In this document: piece by piece, positions 31,490-42,301 of the stretch
Position numbering within the stretch: position 1 is the first letter of the stretch
Layout: each line of letters begins with the position of its first letter
Assembly: GCA_045561055.1 (NCBI GenBank)
Contig: JBJKYL010000003.1
Span: forward strand, 9,797 to 73,796
Length of the DNA stretch: 64,000 bases
From: Candidatus Rariloculaceae bacterium
GTDB taxonomy: Bacteria > Pseudomonadota > Gammaproteobacteria > Steroidobacterales > Rariloculaceae
Direction of reading: 5' to 3'
Notes under the pieces: generated by a model
Databases searched by the model: none
The model's input: only the letters and a program-made list of their open reading frames with translations
Told to the model about the DNA's origin: nothing
Position numbers and translations under genes: made by a program

Positions 31490-32062
31490 ATGGCAAGTTA
31501 TAGCACTAACGAGTTTCGTGGCGGTTTGAAAATTATCCTAGATGGCGATCCTTGCACGATTCTCGAAAACGAGTTTGTTAAGCCGGGGAAAGGGCAGGCG
31601 TTCAATCGTGTGAAGATTCGAAACTTGAAATCAGGCCGGGTTGTTGAGAAAACGTTCAAATCTGGGGAGTCGGTTGAGGTGGCTGATGTCGTAGAGCAGG
31701 ATATGCAGTACCTCTATTCCGACGGCGAGTTCTGGTATTTCATGTTTCCAGATACATTTGAGCAACTACCGGCGGACGGGCGAGCGGTTGCCGAGTCGAA
31801 ACTCTGGCTCCGAGAGGAAGATGTGTGTACCGTCACTATCTGGAATGGAGTGCCGCTGCTGGTTACACCTCCGAACTTTGTCGAGCTCAGCGTTGTGGAG
31901 ACCGATCCTGGTGTCCGCGGCGATACAGCTCAGGGCGGAGTCAAACCGGCAACTCTAGAGACTGGGGCTGTTGTGAGAGTTCCGCTGTTCGTAGAGGAGG
32001 GAGAGTTGATCCGGGCCGATACGCGCACCGGTGAATACGTCTCAAGAGCTAAATCTAAATAA
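31490..32062 (+). CDS. efp: elongation factor P
   Basis: 190 aa. The [15 protein letters not shown] loop contains the lysine that is modified. Confidence 0.97.
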   Translation: MASYSTNEFRGGLKIILDGDPCTILENEFVKPGKGQAFNRVKIRNLKSGRVVEKTFKSGESVEVADVVEQDMQYLYSDGEFWYFMFPDTFEQLPADGRAVAESKLWLREEDVCTVTIWNGVPLLVTPPNFVELSVVETDPGVRGDTAQGGVKPATLETGAVVRVPLFVEEGELIRADTRTGEYVSRAKSK

Positions 32063-32073
32063 CATTGCTTCTA

Positions 32074-33045
32074 TCACTCACTCGGTCCGTGGGGGAAGCT
32101 CATTGTTGCGGCGACGCTAGAAACACCAGCTGCTAACGCAAGGACTCGATCCAGGCCGATTGCAACGCCCGCACAAGGCGGCAACCCGTGCTCCAGCGCG
32201 GCTAGGAAGTGCTCGTCCAGCAGCGGTTCGTGACGGCCGTCCCTCCGGCGTCGTGTAAGATCAAGTTCGAAGCGTTGCCGTTGCTCGGCGGCGTCCGTTA
32301 GCTCGGCGAAACCATTTGCAAGTTCTATACCGCTACAGAATGCTTCGAAACGTGCAGCGACCGGTGGTTTTTCTGCTTTGATTCGTGCGAGTGCAGCCTG
32401 GTTGGCAGGAAAATCGTATATAAAGGTGATGGCGTCCGGGTCCAGCTGCGGGACGATCACTTCGCTCAGCGCGAGATCGAGTATGCCGTCTTCACTAATG
32501 TTCGGTGGAAGGTCGATCCCTGCTTTCGACACTGCTGCTCGAACCTCTTCGGTATTCTCGAACCGGTCCGTATGGAGAAAATCGCGAAAAACCTGTCTGT
32601 AACTCATTCGTCCTGCTGGCGCGAGGCTACGAGTTGAATGCAGTAGCCTGTGAAGCAAGGACTCTACCTCCTCCATAAGTTGTGTTTCGTTCCAGCCAAG
32701 TCGATACCATTCAAGCAGAGTGAACTCGGGTTCGTGCCAGCGCCCTTGTTCGGCGGCGCGAAAGACACGACAGATTTGATAAATATCGCCGCTACCTCCA
32801 GCGAGCAGTCGTTTCATTGCGTATTCCGGTGACGTATGCAGATAACGGAGGACAGTGCCATTGATTGAATCTCTAGCTAACATCGGTTCAAGCCCCAAAT
32901 CGGATGTCCCGGCCGTCGACAGCGCAGGCGTTTCGACCTCGAGTACTTTTCGAGTGGTGAAAAACTCCCGGATGGCTGCCAACGATTTGGCGCGTAGTTG
33001 CAGCATTTCTTGCGATGCGTTTGATCGCCATGACGGAGAACCCAT
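32074..33045 (-). CDS. epmA: EF-P-(R)-beta-lysine ligase (GenX/PoxA)
   Basis: Truncated class II LysRS-like core, 323 aa. Motifs YLHTSPEYAMKRLL, FRAAEQGRWHEPEFTLLEWY and GVAIGLDRV. Confidence 0.9.
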   Translation of the reverse strand: MGSPSWRSNASQEMLQLRAKSLAAIREFFTTRKVLEVETPALSTAGTSDLGLEPMLARDSINGTVLRYLHTSPEYAMKRLLAGGSGDIYQICRVFRAAEQGRWHEPEFTLLEWYRLGWNETQLMEEVESLLHRLLHSTRSLAPAGRMSYRQVFRDFLHTDRFENTEEVRAAVSKAGIDLPPNISEDGILDLALSEVIVPQLDPDAITFIYDFPANQAALARIKAEKPPVAARFEAFCSGIELANGFAELTDAAEQRQRFELDLTRRRRDGRHEPLLDEHFLAALEHGLPPCAGVAIGLDRVLALAAGVSSVAATMSFPHGPSE

Positions 33046-33912
33046 TTAGGAATCTGCTGTGGCGCCAACTATCCGCCCAAGGGAATGGCCCATAAGCAGG
33101 GGCTGCTGTGCGGATAGATGGGGGTTCCAAGTAATGGTTCCTGGTGGAAGCAAGACTATTACCGTTGATCCGAGGTTAAACCGGCCAATCTCTTCACCGC
33201 GGCGATAGCATCGTTTCAGTGAGCCACCTTCTGCCTGCCAGAGACGTTGTTTACCGCTCTCGATCTCACCCAGCCATTGCGTAGTGATACTGGAAACGTT
33301 CAACGCGCCGACTAGGACCACTACCATAGAACCGATTGCGGTATCGAACCAGCATATGACGCGCTCGTTGCGGACAAAGATATTTGGGATTCGGTTAGTG
33401 GTCCAGCGGTTAACGCTGAAGCGCGTTCCCGGCAGGTAATGCGTCCGTTTCAGCGTGCCCGCCAGCGGCATGTGGACACGGTGGTAGTCTTTAGGCCCGA
33501 GATAAATTGTAGCGAAACAACCTAGTGTAATCGGCAAGTCGTCCTGTTCTTTCTCTCCGACGAGTTCGTTTAGAGAGTAGTCCAAACCCTTTGCCTGGAT
33601 AAGCTTTCCGGATTCTGCATTACCGAACTCGGTTATTTGGCCATCAACTGGCGACACTACGGTATGTTCATCTCCACTCAGCGGGCGTAAGTTCGATCGC
33701 AAAGCACGCGTGAAAAAATCGTTGAAGGTTGGGTATGCGCTCAGCTTCGATTGCTCAGCTTCGATGAGATTTACTCCATAGTAGTTCGCGAACCAATAGA
33801 TCAATGGGTTTTTGATTAGCGGCCAGGTACAACGCGCGGCCCGATAGACGAGACGGGCTAGAACGCGCTGCGGAAGGAGATATTGCGCCCACACGGCGAG
33901 GACTACCCTCAT
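33046..33912 (-). CDS. psd: phosphatidylserine decarboxylase proenzyme
   Basis: 288 aa. Self-cleavage motif FNLGSTVIVL. Confidence 0.92.
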   Translation of the reverse strand: MRVVLAVWAQYLLPQRVLARLVYRAARCTWPLIKNPLIYWFANYYGVNLIEAEQSKLSAYPTFNDFFTRALRSNLRPLSGDEHTVVSPVDGQITEFGNAESGKLIQAKGLDYSLNELVGEKEQDDLPITLGCFATIYLGPKDYHRVHMPLAGTLKRTHYLPGTRFSVNRWTTNRIPNIFVRNERVICWFDTAIGSMVVVLVGALNVSSITTQWLGEIESGKQRLWQAEGGSLKRCYRRGEEIGRFNLGSTVIVLLPPGTITWNPHLSAQQPLLMGHSLGRIVGATADS

Positions 33913-34565
33913 AGGGAGGTACGGTTATTTGTCCGTCGCGTTCGGTAAATATCGAGAACCCGTAAGTAATCAGTTGCAATAACGTTTGCATCGTGAGGGG
34001 CGCTGAAGATTGCTATCAGGTCCATATCAGGACCGATGAGAAAGATCGTAGAGTTGTGGGTGACACTGTAGGCATCAGAGCTTGTATGCTCGTGTCGTTC
34101 TACGACGATACCCATTGTGGCGAGCAAGGGTTGGAGTTGTTCCCGGCTTCCGGTGACGCCGTCGAACGCCGGGCTGAAATTATTCAGATAGCGTTGAATC
34201 TGTGTCGGCGTATCCCGCTCAGAGTCGACGCTCACGAAGAGCACGCCTGGTCTGTCAATTCCTCTGTCAATCAACTCGGCCTCGACATTAGCTAGTTTAT
34301 GTAGCGTCAGCGGGCAGATGTCGGGACAGTTGGTAAAACCGAAAAAAAGAAATGTAAATGTATCATTCAGATCTGATGTCTTGAATTCATTCCCAATTTG
34401 ATCTATCAGTTGTACCTGGGGAAGTACGAGCGGTTTTGGTAGGATAGTGGCGACGGTAGGCGGCTGTGAAAGCTGGCGGACATCCGATAGCCATACTGTT
34501 ATGGCCGCTAACAGTACGAGCCCTACTATAAGTATTCTGACCATCGGTCCCATCACGCCGGACAT
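33909..34565 (-). CDS. SCO1/SenC family copper chaperone / thiol-disulfide protein
   Basis: FGFTNCPDICP motif and an N-terminal TM anchor. The track start at 34622 overlaps prmB, so Met 34565, 34553 or 34544 is more likely. Confidence 0.85.
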   Translation of the reverse strand: MSGVMGPMVRILIVGLVLLAAITVWLSDVRQLSQPPTVATILPKPLVLPQVQLIDQIGNEFKTSDLNDTFTFLFFGFTNCPDICPLTLHKLANVEAELIDRGIDRPGVLFVSVDSERDTPTQIQRYLNNFSPAFDGVTGSREQLQPLLATMGIVVERHEHTSSDAYSVTHNSTIFLIGPDMDLIAIFSAPHDANVIATDYLRVLDIYRTRRTNNRTSL

Positions 34566-34594
34566 TATCTCACAAAGAGTATTATCGACTGTAT

Positions 34595-35497
34595 ATGACC
34601 CTCGCTGAACTTGAGAGCGCACTACTTCAAGCCATGACTGGCGATGATTGGGTTAGTTTGATTTCCCAATGCTTTGATGCGTATGACTTGAGTTTCGGAC
34701 ATGGAACCGAAAACTCCAGAGATGAAGCGTACTGGCTCCTCCGTAGCAAGCAGAATTGGGATGACGCTGTATGGGAAGGCGCACCCGACCCAGCACTGAT
34801 AGCGTCGATAGTTGACCTTGTAAGCCGACGCGTCAATGAGCGGAAACCGTTAGCTTATCTTCTGGGTGAAGCGTGGTTCGCGGGGTTACGTTTTATCATC
34901 GATGAACGCGTGCTCGTTCCGCGTTCTCCGTTATCAGAGCTTATCAGTGGACAATTCTCGCCATGGTGTCGGCTGCAAAATGGCGATCGCATTCTCGATC
35001 TCGGTACGGGTAGTGGTTGCCTAGCTGTTGCCGCCGCCCATTATTGTCCGGGCGTCCTAGTGGATGCAGTCGACGTCTCTCCGGAGGCTCTTGAAGTGGC
35101 GCGTGTGAATGTAGCAGAACACAATCTGGGTGAACGCGTGCGCGTTATAGAGTCAAATTTGTTCGATGCGCTTGAGGATTGCTATCAAGTCATCATCTCA
35201 AATCCACCCTATGTGCCCGAATCCCGTATTGGCGAGCTGCCGCCTGAGTATAGCCATGAACCTGACTCAGCATTGGTTGGTGGTGTGTGCGGGCTGTCGC
35301 TAGTCGCGGAAATCCTTGTTCAATCGTCGCGATACCTAGTTTCCAACGGTATCCTCGTAGTCGAGGTAGGAGAATCCCGGGAAGCATTCGTCAGTGAATA
35401 TCCTGACCTACCTGCCATCTGGCTCGAGTTCGAACACGGTGGCGATGGCGTCTTCGTATTGACGCGTGACGAATTGACTGGATACTTAAACAGTTAG
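34595..35497 (+). CDS. prmB: ribosomal protein uL3 glutamine N5-methyltransferase
   Basis: FGHGTENSRDEAYWLL N-terminus, SAM motif LDLGTGSG, catalytic NPPY, and an E. coli-like prmB-aroC adjacency. Confidence 0.85.
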   Translation: MTLAELESALLQAMTGDDWVSLISQCFDAYDLSFGHGTENSRDEAYWLLRSKQNWDDAVWEGAPDPALIASIVDLVSRRVNERKPLAYLLGEAWFAGLRFIIDERVLVPRSPLSELISGQFSPWCRLQNGDRILDLGTGSGCLAVAAAHYCPGVLVDAVDVSPEALEVARVNVAEHNLGERVRVIESNLFDALEDCYQVIISNPPYVPESRIGELPPEYSHEPDSALVGGVCGLSLVAEILVQSSRYLVSNGILVVEVGESREAFVSEYPDLPAIWLEFEHGGDGVFVLTRDELTGYLNS

Positions 35498-35556
35498 CAG
35501 CAGGGAATGGTAGTCTGCGATAACGTGACTTGCTTGTGGCAAGGGATATTTAGACT

Positions 35557-36660
35557 ATGGCTGGCGACACATTTGGACGTCTATTCACCGTAACGACCTT
35601 CGGCGAGAGCCACGGGCCCAGTATGGGTTGCGTAGTTGATGGCTGTCCGCCTGGCGTTAGGTTAACTGAGGCAGATATTCAAGCAGACCTCGACCGCCGT
35701 CGGCCAGGTCGCTCGCGGCACGTTACTCAGCGTAAAGAACCCGATCAGGTCAAGATTCTCTCCGGGGTTTTCGAAGGGGTTACGACGGGTACCGCGATTG
35801 GACTAGCTGTTGAGAACGTCGATCAACGGTCGCGTGACTACAGTAAGATTAAAGATAGTTTCCGGCCAGGGCATGCCGACTATAGCTATCAGCAGAAATA
35901 TGGGATCCGCGATTATCGCGGTGGAGGTCGGGCATCTGCGCGCGAGACTGTAATGAGGGTGGCCGCGGGAGGTATTGCTCGTAAGTATTTAACTGACCAT
36001 TTAGGCGTCAAGATAACAGGCTATCTTGCGCAACTAGGGCCGCATTGTCTTGCTGCACAGGACTTAAGTATTGTTAACGATAATCCGTTTTTTTGTGCTG
36101 AGCCGGACAAACTCGATGAACTCGAAAGCTTCATGGATGCTTTGCGTAAGGCAGGAGATTCGATCGGTGCACGTATCAATATTGTTGCAAGTGGTGTCCC
36201 GCCAGGTTTAGGGGAACCGGTGTTCGATAAGCTTGAAGCATCGATCGCCCATGCCCTAATGAGCATTAATGCGGTAAAAGGCGTTGAATTTGGTGACGGT
36301 TTTAAGTGTGTGGAGCAGCGCGGTAGTGAGCATAGAGATGAGATGACACCGGACGGATTCACCAAGAATTCATCAGGCGGTACCTTAGGCGGTATTTCTT
36401 CAGGTCAGGATATTCTCGTGAGCATTGCTTTGAAGCCTACCTCAAGTATTCAGGTGCCGGGAGGGACTGTTGATCGCAAAGGTCGTGCAACCGAGATTGT
36501 TACTACCGGTCGTCACGATCCTTGTGTGGGTTTGCGGGCAACACCTATCGCGGAGGCTATGTTAGCTCTGACGTTGATCGACCATTATCTTAGGCATAGA
36601 GCTCAGAATGCCGATGTTATTTCAGAAACGCCAGCGATCGGCGCTGAGCGGGAAGCCTGA
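35557..36660 (+). CDS. aroC: chorismate synthase
   Basis: Motifs FGESHG, RRRPG.SR and GRHDPC. 367 aa. Confidence 0.96.
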   Translation: MAGDTFGRLFTVTTFGESHGPSMGCVVDGCPPGVRLTEADIQADLDRRRPGRSRHVTQRKEPDQVKILSGVFEGVTTGTAIGLAVENVDQRSRDYSKIKDSFRPGHADYSYQQKYGIRDYRGGGRASARETVMRVAAGGIARKYLTDHLGVKITGYLAQLGPHCLAAQDLSIVNDNPFFCAEPDKLDELESFMDALRKAGDSIGARINIVASGVPPGLGEPVFDKLEASIAHALMSINAVKGVEFGDGFKCVEQRGSEHRDEMTPDGFTKNSSGGTLGGISSGQDILVSIALKPTSSIQVPGGTVDRKGRATEIVTTGRHDPCVGLRATPIAEAMLALTLIDHYLRHRAQNADVISETPAIGAEREA

Positions 36661-36691
36661 AGCACCTTACATTTCTAGTACAGGGGCCCTA

Positions 36692-37714
36692 ATGTTGAAG
36701 AAGTATGATATTGCCGTTGCGGGGGCGACCGGGTTAGTGGGTGATGCCATGATACGGATCCTTGAGGAACGAAATTTTCCGATAGGTAATTTTTACCCGT
36801 TAGCGAGCCAGCAGTCTGCCGGCCGTACTCTCGAGTTTTGTGGTGAGACGTATGAGATAGAGGCACTGGACGATTTTGATTTCTCTAAAACCCAGCTCGC
36901 CTTTTTCTCGGCTGGTGGATCCGTATCCGAAAAACATGCTCCGCGAGCGGCATCTGCGGGTACGGTTGTGATCGATAACACGTCACATTTTCGTTATGAG
37001 GAGGATGTTCCACTTGTCGTACCAGAGTGTAATCCTCAGCGGATTGCCGAATACTCTAACCGCGGCATCATTGCTAATCCAAATTGTTCTACAATCCAGA
37101 TGCTGGTAGCACTTCAGCCGATTCACAGTGCCGTTGGTATTGAGCGAGTTAATGTGGCGACCTATCAGGCTATGTCGGGGGCCGGGCGTATCGCAATGGA
37201 TGCGTTGACAGAGCAAACTCGGGCACACTTGGCTGGATCTAAAGCCGTTGGAATAGGCGGGGAGAAGCCTGTTGCATTTAATGCTGTGCCGAAGATCTCG
37301 GATATTACAAAGACAGGCTATACCGTAGAGGAAATGAAGATGGTCTGGGAAACCCGTAAGATTCTGGAAGATCCAGATATTATGGTAAATCCTACCTGTG
37401 TCCGGATACCCGTTTATTTTGGTCATTCCGAGGCGGTGCATATCGAAACACGAACTAAAATCACGGTTAGGGAAACGCAGCAATTACTAAATTCGGCGCC
37501 GGGTATCGAGCTTCTAGATGGTCTCGAGCCGGGCGCTTATCCTACGGCCATGACTGATGCTGCACATCGAGATGCTGTCTTCGTTGGACGTATTCGCGAA
37601 GATTTGTCCCATCCTCGGGGCTTGGATTTGTGGGTAGTTGCTGACAATGTCCGAAAAGGTGCGGCGTTGAATAGCATTCAGATCGCGGAGATATTGGTAA
37701 GTCAATTTATGTGA
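36692..37714 (+). CDS. aspartate-semialdehyde dehydrogenase family protein (Asd/USG-1-like)
   Basis: NAD motif VAGATGLVG and active-site NPNCSTIQM. It sits upstream of fimV-truA, as in Pseudomonas. The track start at 36608 overlaps aroC. Confidence 0.85.
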   Translation: MLKKYDIAVAGATGLVGDAMIRILEERNFPIGNFYPLASQQSAGRTLEFCGETYEIEALDDFDFSKTQLAFFSAGGSVSEKHAPRAASAGTVVIDNTSHFRYEEDVPLVVPECNPQRIAEYSNRGIIANPNCSTIQMLVALQPIHSAVGIERVNVATYQAMSGAGRIAMDALTEQTRAHLAGSKAVGIGGEKPVAFNAVPKISDITKTGYTVEEMKMVWETRKILEDPDIMVNPTCVRIPVYFGHSEAVHIETRTKITVRETQQLLNSAPGIELLDGLEPGAYPTAMTDAAHRDAVFVGRIREDLSHPRGLDLWVVADNVRKGAALNSIQIAEILVSQFM

Positions 37715-37808
37715 TGTATCGTTTTACCCAGTGTCGTTAGAGCTTGGGGATTGCGTATTGGAAGACCTTACTGTGTCGGCTAAGGTTGTATTCGGGAGAG
37801 AATAGTCC

Positions 37809-39230
37809 ATGAAACCAACTATACGTTGGGGTGCGCTAGCATTTCTACTTACTCCTTTCGGGTCTTGGGCGCTCGAGTTAGGGGATATTGGGCTTGTTTC
37901 GGCACGTAATCAGCCACTCGATGCGAAAATCGAGCTTGTTTCGGTCACTGAGGATGAACTTACCACGCTGAGCGTTAAACTTGCGAGTTTTGAAACCTTC
38001 GAGCGCTATGGTATTGATCGCCCTGATTTCCTTACCGGGATTTTGTTTCAGGTCGACGTCGACAATCTGGGTAGTGCAGTTGTTTCCGTGTCTTCGCGAG
38101 AACCTATCGAAGACTTTTTCGTCACGATGCTGGTAGACGCAACCTGGGAGGGTGGGAGATTCCTTCGAGGATATACGGTTTTATTGGATTCCCCGGCACA
38201 GTTGCCTGTATCGGAACCGCAGCTCAAGACCCTGAACTATGGTCCTGTTCAACCCTCGGAGACCTTGTCGTCGATCGCTTCCCAGTCCCGACCGATGGGC
38301 GTCACTCTTAATCAGATGATGGTTGCTATCTACCAGGAAAACCCGCAATCCTTCAGCGGGAATATGAATACGCTGCATCAGGGCGCGGTCTTGCGGATAC
38401 CGCAGTTGGACTCAGTTAGTTCAACGGTTGCGAGCCAGGGCGCTAATCGAGAGGGCGTTCTGTGGCGCGGAGATGGGGAAGATGCGCTAAGTCCGCAGTT
38501 TGCGGAATTGGACAACATTGTAGAACGTGCAGTGCCTGCGGTGGCCGACAACGCTACGTTATCTGTGATCGCTGAGTTCGAAGTCGAACGCGAAAGATTC
38601 CTTAGCGAGATAGAGAGTAGCCGGCTGCTGCTTGAGGATCGGGATCAACAACTAAAAGCTTTGCAGGCGCAGCTTGTGGCTACACAAGCGTTTTGGACGG
38701 CCTTAGACAACGAGTTTGAGCCGGCGTTGGTTGATGAAGCTAAGCAAATGGCAGAGATGGGCTCCGTCATTGTTCCGCCAGCCGCTTCGACCAGCGCAAT
38801 AACGCCGATGGTCCAACCATTACTGATGCTAAGGGGCTTGAGTTGGATTTTTAGTCCGATAGTGTTGATCGGGCTCGGACTGGTCACGTTGACCGGGTCA
38901 ACTATGTGGTATTTACGTCATAGAGAGCAAGATGCGGACGATGTGACTAGTCGCTGGCAGGCGCTGGGAGCGGATTTGGATGATGACGGTGTCTCAAGCA
39001 ATATCGTCCAGGAAAAAGTATTCAATGAAGACGGAGAGGATGTCGTCGTGGACGAATCACCATATGCTGATTCTATTACTACGATGGAAGTAGGGACGAG
39101 ACTCGATTTGGCTCGAGCCTACGCAGACATGGGTAATGCCGAAGACGCTCGCAGCATTCTGGATGAGGTCCTGAAGGAAGGAGACGATGATCAGCAGGCG
39201 GAAGCGAAAGATATCATCGACAATCTCTAA
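37809..39230 (+). CDS. fimV: compact FimV-like peptidoglycan-binding protein
   Basis: Signal peptide, FimV N-terminal LGDIGLVSARNQPLDAKIEL, a LysM-like segment (ETLSSIASQS...AVLRIP), a coiled coil, one TM helix, an acidic tail and the C-terminal FimV motif LDLARAYADMGNAEDARSILDEVL. Confidence 0.8.
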   Translation: MKPTIRWGALAFLLTPFGSWALELGDIGLVSARNQPLDAKIELVSVTEDELTTLSVKLASFETFERYGIDRPDFLTGILFQVDVDNLGSAVVSVSSREPIEDFFVTMLVDATWEGGRFLRGYTVLLDSPAQLPVSEPQLKTLNYGPVQPSETLSSIASQSRPMGVTLNQMMVAIYQENPQSFSGNMNTLHQGAVLRIPQLDSVSSTVASQGANREGVLWRGDGEDALSPQFAELDNIVERAVPAVADNATLSVIAEFEVERERFLSEIESSRLLLEDRDQQLKALQAQLVATQAFWTALDNEFEPALVDEAKQMAEMGSVIVPPAASTSAITPMVQPLLMLRGLSWIFSPIVLIGLGLVTLTGSTMWYLRHREQDADDVTSRWQALGADLDDDGVSSNIVQEKVFNEDGEDVVVDESPYADSITTMEVGTRLDLARAYADMGNAEDARSILDEVLKEGDDDQQAEAKDIIDNL

Positions 39231-39240
39231 GCTGTTTTAA

Positions 39241-40029
39241 GTGAAGTCTACTGTGCGTATAGCTCTTGGTCTCGAGTATGACGGGACAGACTTTGTCGGC
39301 TGGCAGTCACAACGGGATTGCCGCAGTGTTCAAGAGCTTGTAACTGAGGCAGTAATCGCGGTTGCTGATCACCCTTTAACTGTGGCTGGTTCCGGTCGCA
39401 CTGACGCAGGTGTCCATGCCGCCCAACAGGTTGCGCATTTTGACACTCAAGCCAATCGCCAGGCACGGCAGTGGCTGCTTGGCATTAACTCTAATCTTCC
39501 TCCCGATATTGCCGTTCAGTGGGTAAAGGAAGTTGCGCCTGATTTTGACGCCCGCCGATCGGCAATGTGGCGGCGCTATCGTTATCAGATTCAGCAACGC
39601 CTCGTACGATCCGCATTGTCGCGAAGAGGGGTTTGGTGGTTGCGGGATCCTCTCGATTGCAGTTTGATGACAGCGGCAGCTACGGCTTGGTTAGGTGAAA
39701 ATGACTTCTCTGCATTCAGAGCTGCCGGTTGTCAATCCTCTACTCCGATGCGCCGTCTTTTAGCTGTGGAGATTGAGGAAAATAATTCGATAATTGCTTT
39801 AGATTTCACGGCGAACGCTTTTCTGCAACACATGGTGCGAAATTTTGTTGGTGTGCTTGTCGCTATCGGGAGTGGCCGAGAACCGCCAGAATGGGCCGCT
39901 CAGGTCCTTGCTAGTCGAGATCGGACTCAGGGGGGGGTGGCTGCTCCGCCGCAGGGATTAACTCTACTAGAGGTAGCATACCCAAAGCGTTTCGAGATTC
40001 CAACGGCCCCTGATTCCTGGTTAAACTAA
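39241..40029 (+). CDS. truA: tRNA pseudouridine(38-40) synthase
   Basis: Motifs YDGTDFVGWQ and GSGRTDAGVHA (catalytic Asp). Confidence 0.95.
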   Translation: MKSTVRIALGLEYDGTDFVGWQSQRDCRSVQELVTEAVIAVADHPLTVAGSGRTDAGVHAAQQVAHFDTQANRQARQWLLGINSNLPPDIAVQWVKEVAPDFDARRSAMWRRYRYQIQQRLVRSALSRRGVWWLRDPLDCSLMTAAATAWLGENDFSAFRAAGCQSSTPMRRLLAVEIEENNSIIALDFTANAFLQHMVRNFVGVLVAIGSGREPPEWAAQVLASRDRTQGGVAAPPQGLTLLEVAYPKRFEIPTAPDSWLN

Positions 40030-40112
40030 CTTTAGCGTTAGAGAGTCCGAACTGTGCCGATGTGGTGTTTTAGTTATTATTCTCCCTCTCATCCGCGGTT
40101 AAAAATGTTTTT

Positions 40113-40973
40113 ATGAGCTGGTTTGAAAAATTAATACCCTCTCGGATAACAACCGCGAGGCGGAAACGCTCGGTGCCCGAGGGATTGTGGGTTAAATGCG
40201 ATGGTTGCGATGCGCAACTTTACCGAGCTGAACTCAAGCGCAATCTATTAGTTTGTCCAAAGTGCAAATATCATATGCGTATTAGTGCGCGAGATCGTTT
40301 GGATATGTTTCTTGATGCGGACTCGGGGCACGAGATTGCTGCCAAATTGGAACCCAAGGATCCTCTGAAATTTCGAGACAGCAAGCGCTATCGCGATCGT
40401 CTAAGAAAGGCGCAGACGGATACAGGCGAACAGGAGGCGCTTGTTGTATGTGCTGGGAGCGTGAAAGCTATTCCTGTTGTAGTCGGGGTCTTTGAATTTG
40501 GTTTTATGGCGGGATCGATGGGCTCGGTCGTCGGGGAGCGCTTTGTTCGCGGTGTGCGCTATAGCGTCGAGCATCAACGACCGTTTATATGTTTTGTCGC
40601 TAGCGGTGGTGCGCGTATGCAGGAAGCTTTGTTCTCATTGTTACAGATGGCAAAGACAAGCTCTGCTTTGACGGATCTGGCGGAGGCAGGGTTACCCTAC
40701 ATTTCGGTCATGACTGACCCTACGACTGGTGGTGTGTCGGCGAGTTTGGCCTTGCTCGGTGATATCAATCTTGCGGAGCCAGGCGCATTGATTGGCTTTG
40801 CGGGTCCGCGGGTTATTGAACAGACCGTCGGGGAGAAACTACCCGAGGGATTCCAGCGATCCGAGTTTCTGTTGGAAAAGGGAGCTCTAGATATGATTGT
40901 CGACCGCCGTGAGACTCGGGACACCATTGCCGCGTTGTTAGCGAAAATGATGGATCGTTTGCGGCCAGTTTGA
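40113..40973 (+). CDS. accD: acetyl-CoA carboxylase carboxyltransferase beta subunit
   Basis: N-terminal zinc ribbon CDGCDAQLY...CPKC and the carboxyltransferase domain. Confidence 0.95.
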   Translation: MSWFEKLIPSRITTARRKRSVPEGLWVKCDGCDAQLYRAELKRNLLVCPKCKYHMRISARDRLDMFLDADSGHEIAAKLEPKDPLKFRDSKRYRDRLRKAQTDTGEQEALVVCAGSVKAIPVVVGVFEFGFMAGSMGSVVGERFVRGVRYSVEHQRPFICFVASGGARMQEALFSLLQMAKTSSALTDLAEAGLPYISVMTDPTTGGVSASLALLGDINLAEPGALIGFAGPRVIEQTVGEKLPEGFQRSEFLLEKGALDMIVDRRETRDTIAALLAKMMDRLRPV

Positions 40974-42292
40974 AGGCGAACCGAAATCCAGCGCTGGAAC
41001 AATTTACTACCCTCGGCGAATGGCTGAGCTGGCTTGAGAATCTCCACCATAGGAAGATTGATCTCAGTCTGGGCCGGGTTAAAGCCGTACTGTCTGCTAT
41101 GGATCTTGAGCAGCCTCCCTATGGAATTATCACGATAGGCGGAACGAACGGCAAGGGATCCTGTGTTGCGATACTCGAAAGTATCTACGTGGAGTCAGGA
41201 TACCGGGTTGGAGCATTTACTTCGCCGCATCTGTGGAAGTTTAACGAGAGGGTGCGCGTGAATCGCCGCGATGCGACCGATGACGAACTGATTGCCGCAT
41301 TCCGCGCGATCGATTCGGTGCGTGGAGATGTGACTCTGTCCTATTTCGAATATTCTACGCTGGTCGCAATTGTTTTTTTTGCTACATCGGGAGTCGACGT
41401 TGCGATACTCGAGGTGGGTCTAGGTGGTCGCCTAGATGCGGTCAATGCGCTGAATCCCGATGCAAGCATGATAGTCAGCATCGATCTCGATCACGAGAAG
41501 TGGCTTGGCGATACGCGTGAAGCCATCGGTATCGAGAAAGCTGGAATTTTGCGTCCGGGTAGACCTGCTGTAATTGCGGATCGAGCGCCTCCTAATTCGC
41601 TCTTCGATTATGCCTCCGATCATGCTATCGAACTGCAACTGCTCGGTAGGGACTTCGACTACGATGTCCCATCGGAAGAAGCCTGGCGGTATACTTCAGT
41701 AAGCGCAGAAGTTAGCAATTTGCCTGTGCCGTCGTTCGGCGGTAGTGTGCGGTTTGCTAATGCCGCGGCGTGTATAGCTCTCGTTCACTCGCTCCAGGAT
41801 AAAATACCCTTCGAAAATTTCGCGTTAGCGCGTGGAATTATCCGGACACAAATCGCAGGAAGGATAGAGCGACGATACCTGAACGGTGTTGAATGGATTT
41901 TCGATGTTGCCCACAATCCGGCTGCTGCCCGGATTCTTGCTGAAGAACTACAGCGCCGCAAACAGCCAGGTAAAACTATTGCGATATTCGCGGCGATGGC
42001 TGATAAGGATATTTTCGGACTTATTGACCCGTTACTGCCGTTTATTGACCATTGGCTTGTGACGAGGGCTGACCTAGAAAGAGGCGCAACTGAAAATACA
42101 TTGATCGATGTGCTAGCGGAGCGTTGCGTCGTGCCTATGGATGCGCGTACTGAAGTTGCTGACGCTTGTGGTTGCGCAAAAAATCTTGCGGAGGAGGGCG
42201 ACAGGGTACTGGTATTTGGGTCGTTTTATATTGTTGGTCCCGCAATGACTTGGCTTGGGCTATACTGCGATCCGTCATTACCGGACGATTGA
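40970..42292 (+). CDS. folC: bifunctional folylpolyglutamate synthase / dihydrofolate synthase
   Basis: Mur-ligase P-loop GGTNGKGS. 4-nt start/stop overlap with accD. Confidence 0.92.
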   Translation: MKANRNPALEQFTTLGEWLSWLENLHHRKIDLSLGRVKAVLSAMDLEQPPYGIITIGGTNGKGSCVAILESIYVESGYRVGAFTSPHLWKFNERVRVNRRDATDDELIAAFRAIDSVRGDVTLSYFEYSTLVAIVFFATSGVDVAILEVGLGGRLDAVNALNPDASMIVSIDLDHEKWLGDTREAIGIEKAGILRPGRPAVIADRAPPNSLFDYASDHAIELQLLGRDFDYDVPSEEAWRYTSVSAEVSNLPVPSFGGSVRFANAAACIALVHSLQDKIPFENFALARGIIRTQIAGRIERRYLNGVEWIFDVAHNPAAARILAEELQRRKQPGKTIAIFAAMADKDIFGLIDPLLPFIDHWLVTRADLERGATENTLIDVLAERCVVPMDARTEVADACGCAKNLAEEGDRVLVFGSFYIVGPAMTWLGLYCDPSLPDD

Positions 42293-42301
42293 TCCATTCA
42301 G

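Noticed and set aside
40030-40112. Missing trpF between truA and accD relative to the P. aeruginosa order that I remember (fimV-truA-trpF-accD-folC)
   Set aside because: The 83-bp gap shows no gene remnant, and the absence of one gene in otherwise conserved synteny is common. I note it only as a synteny difference.
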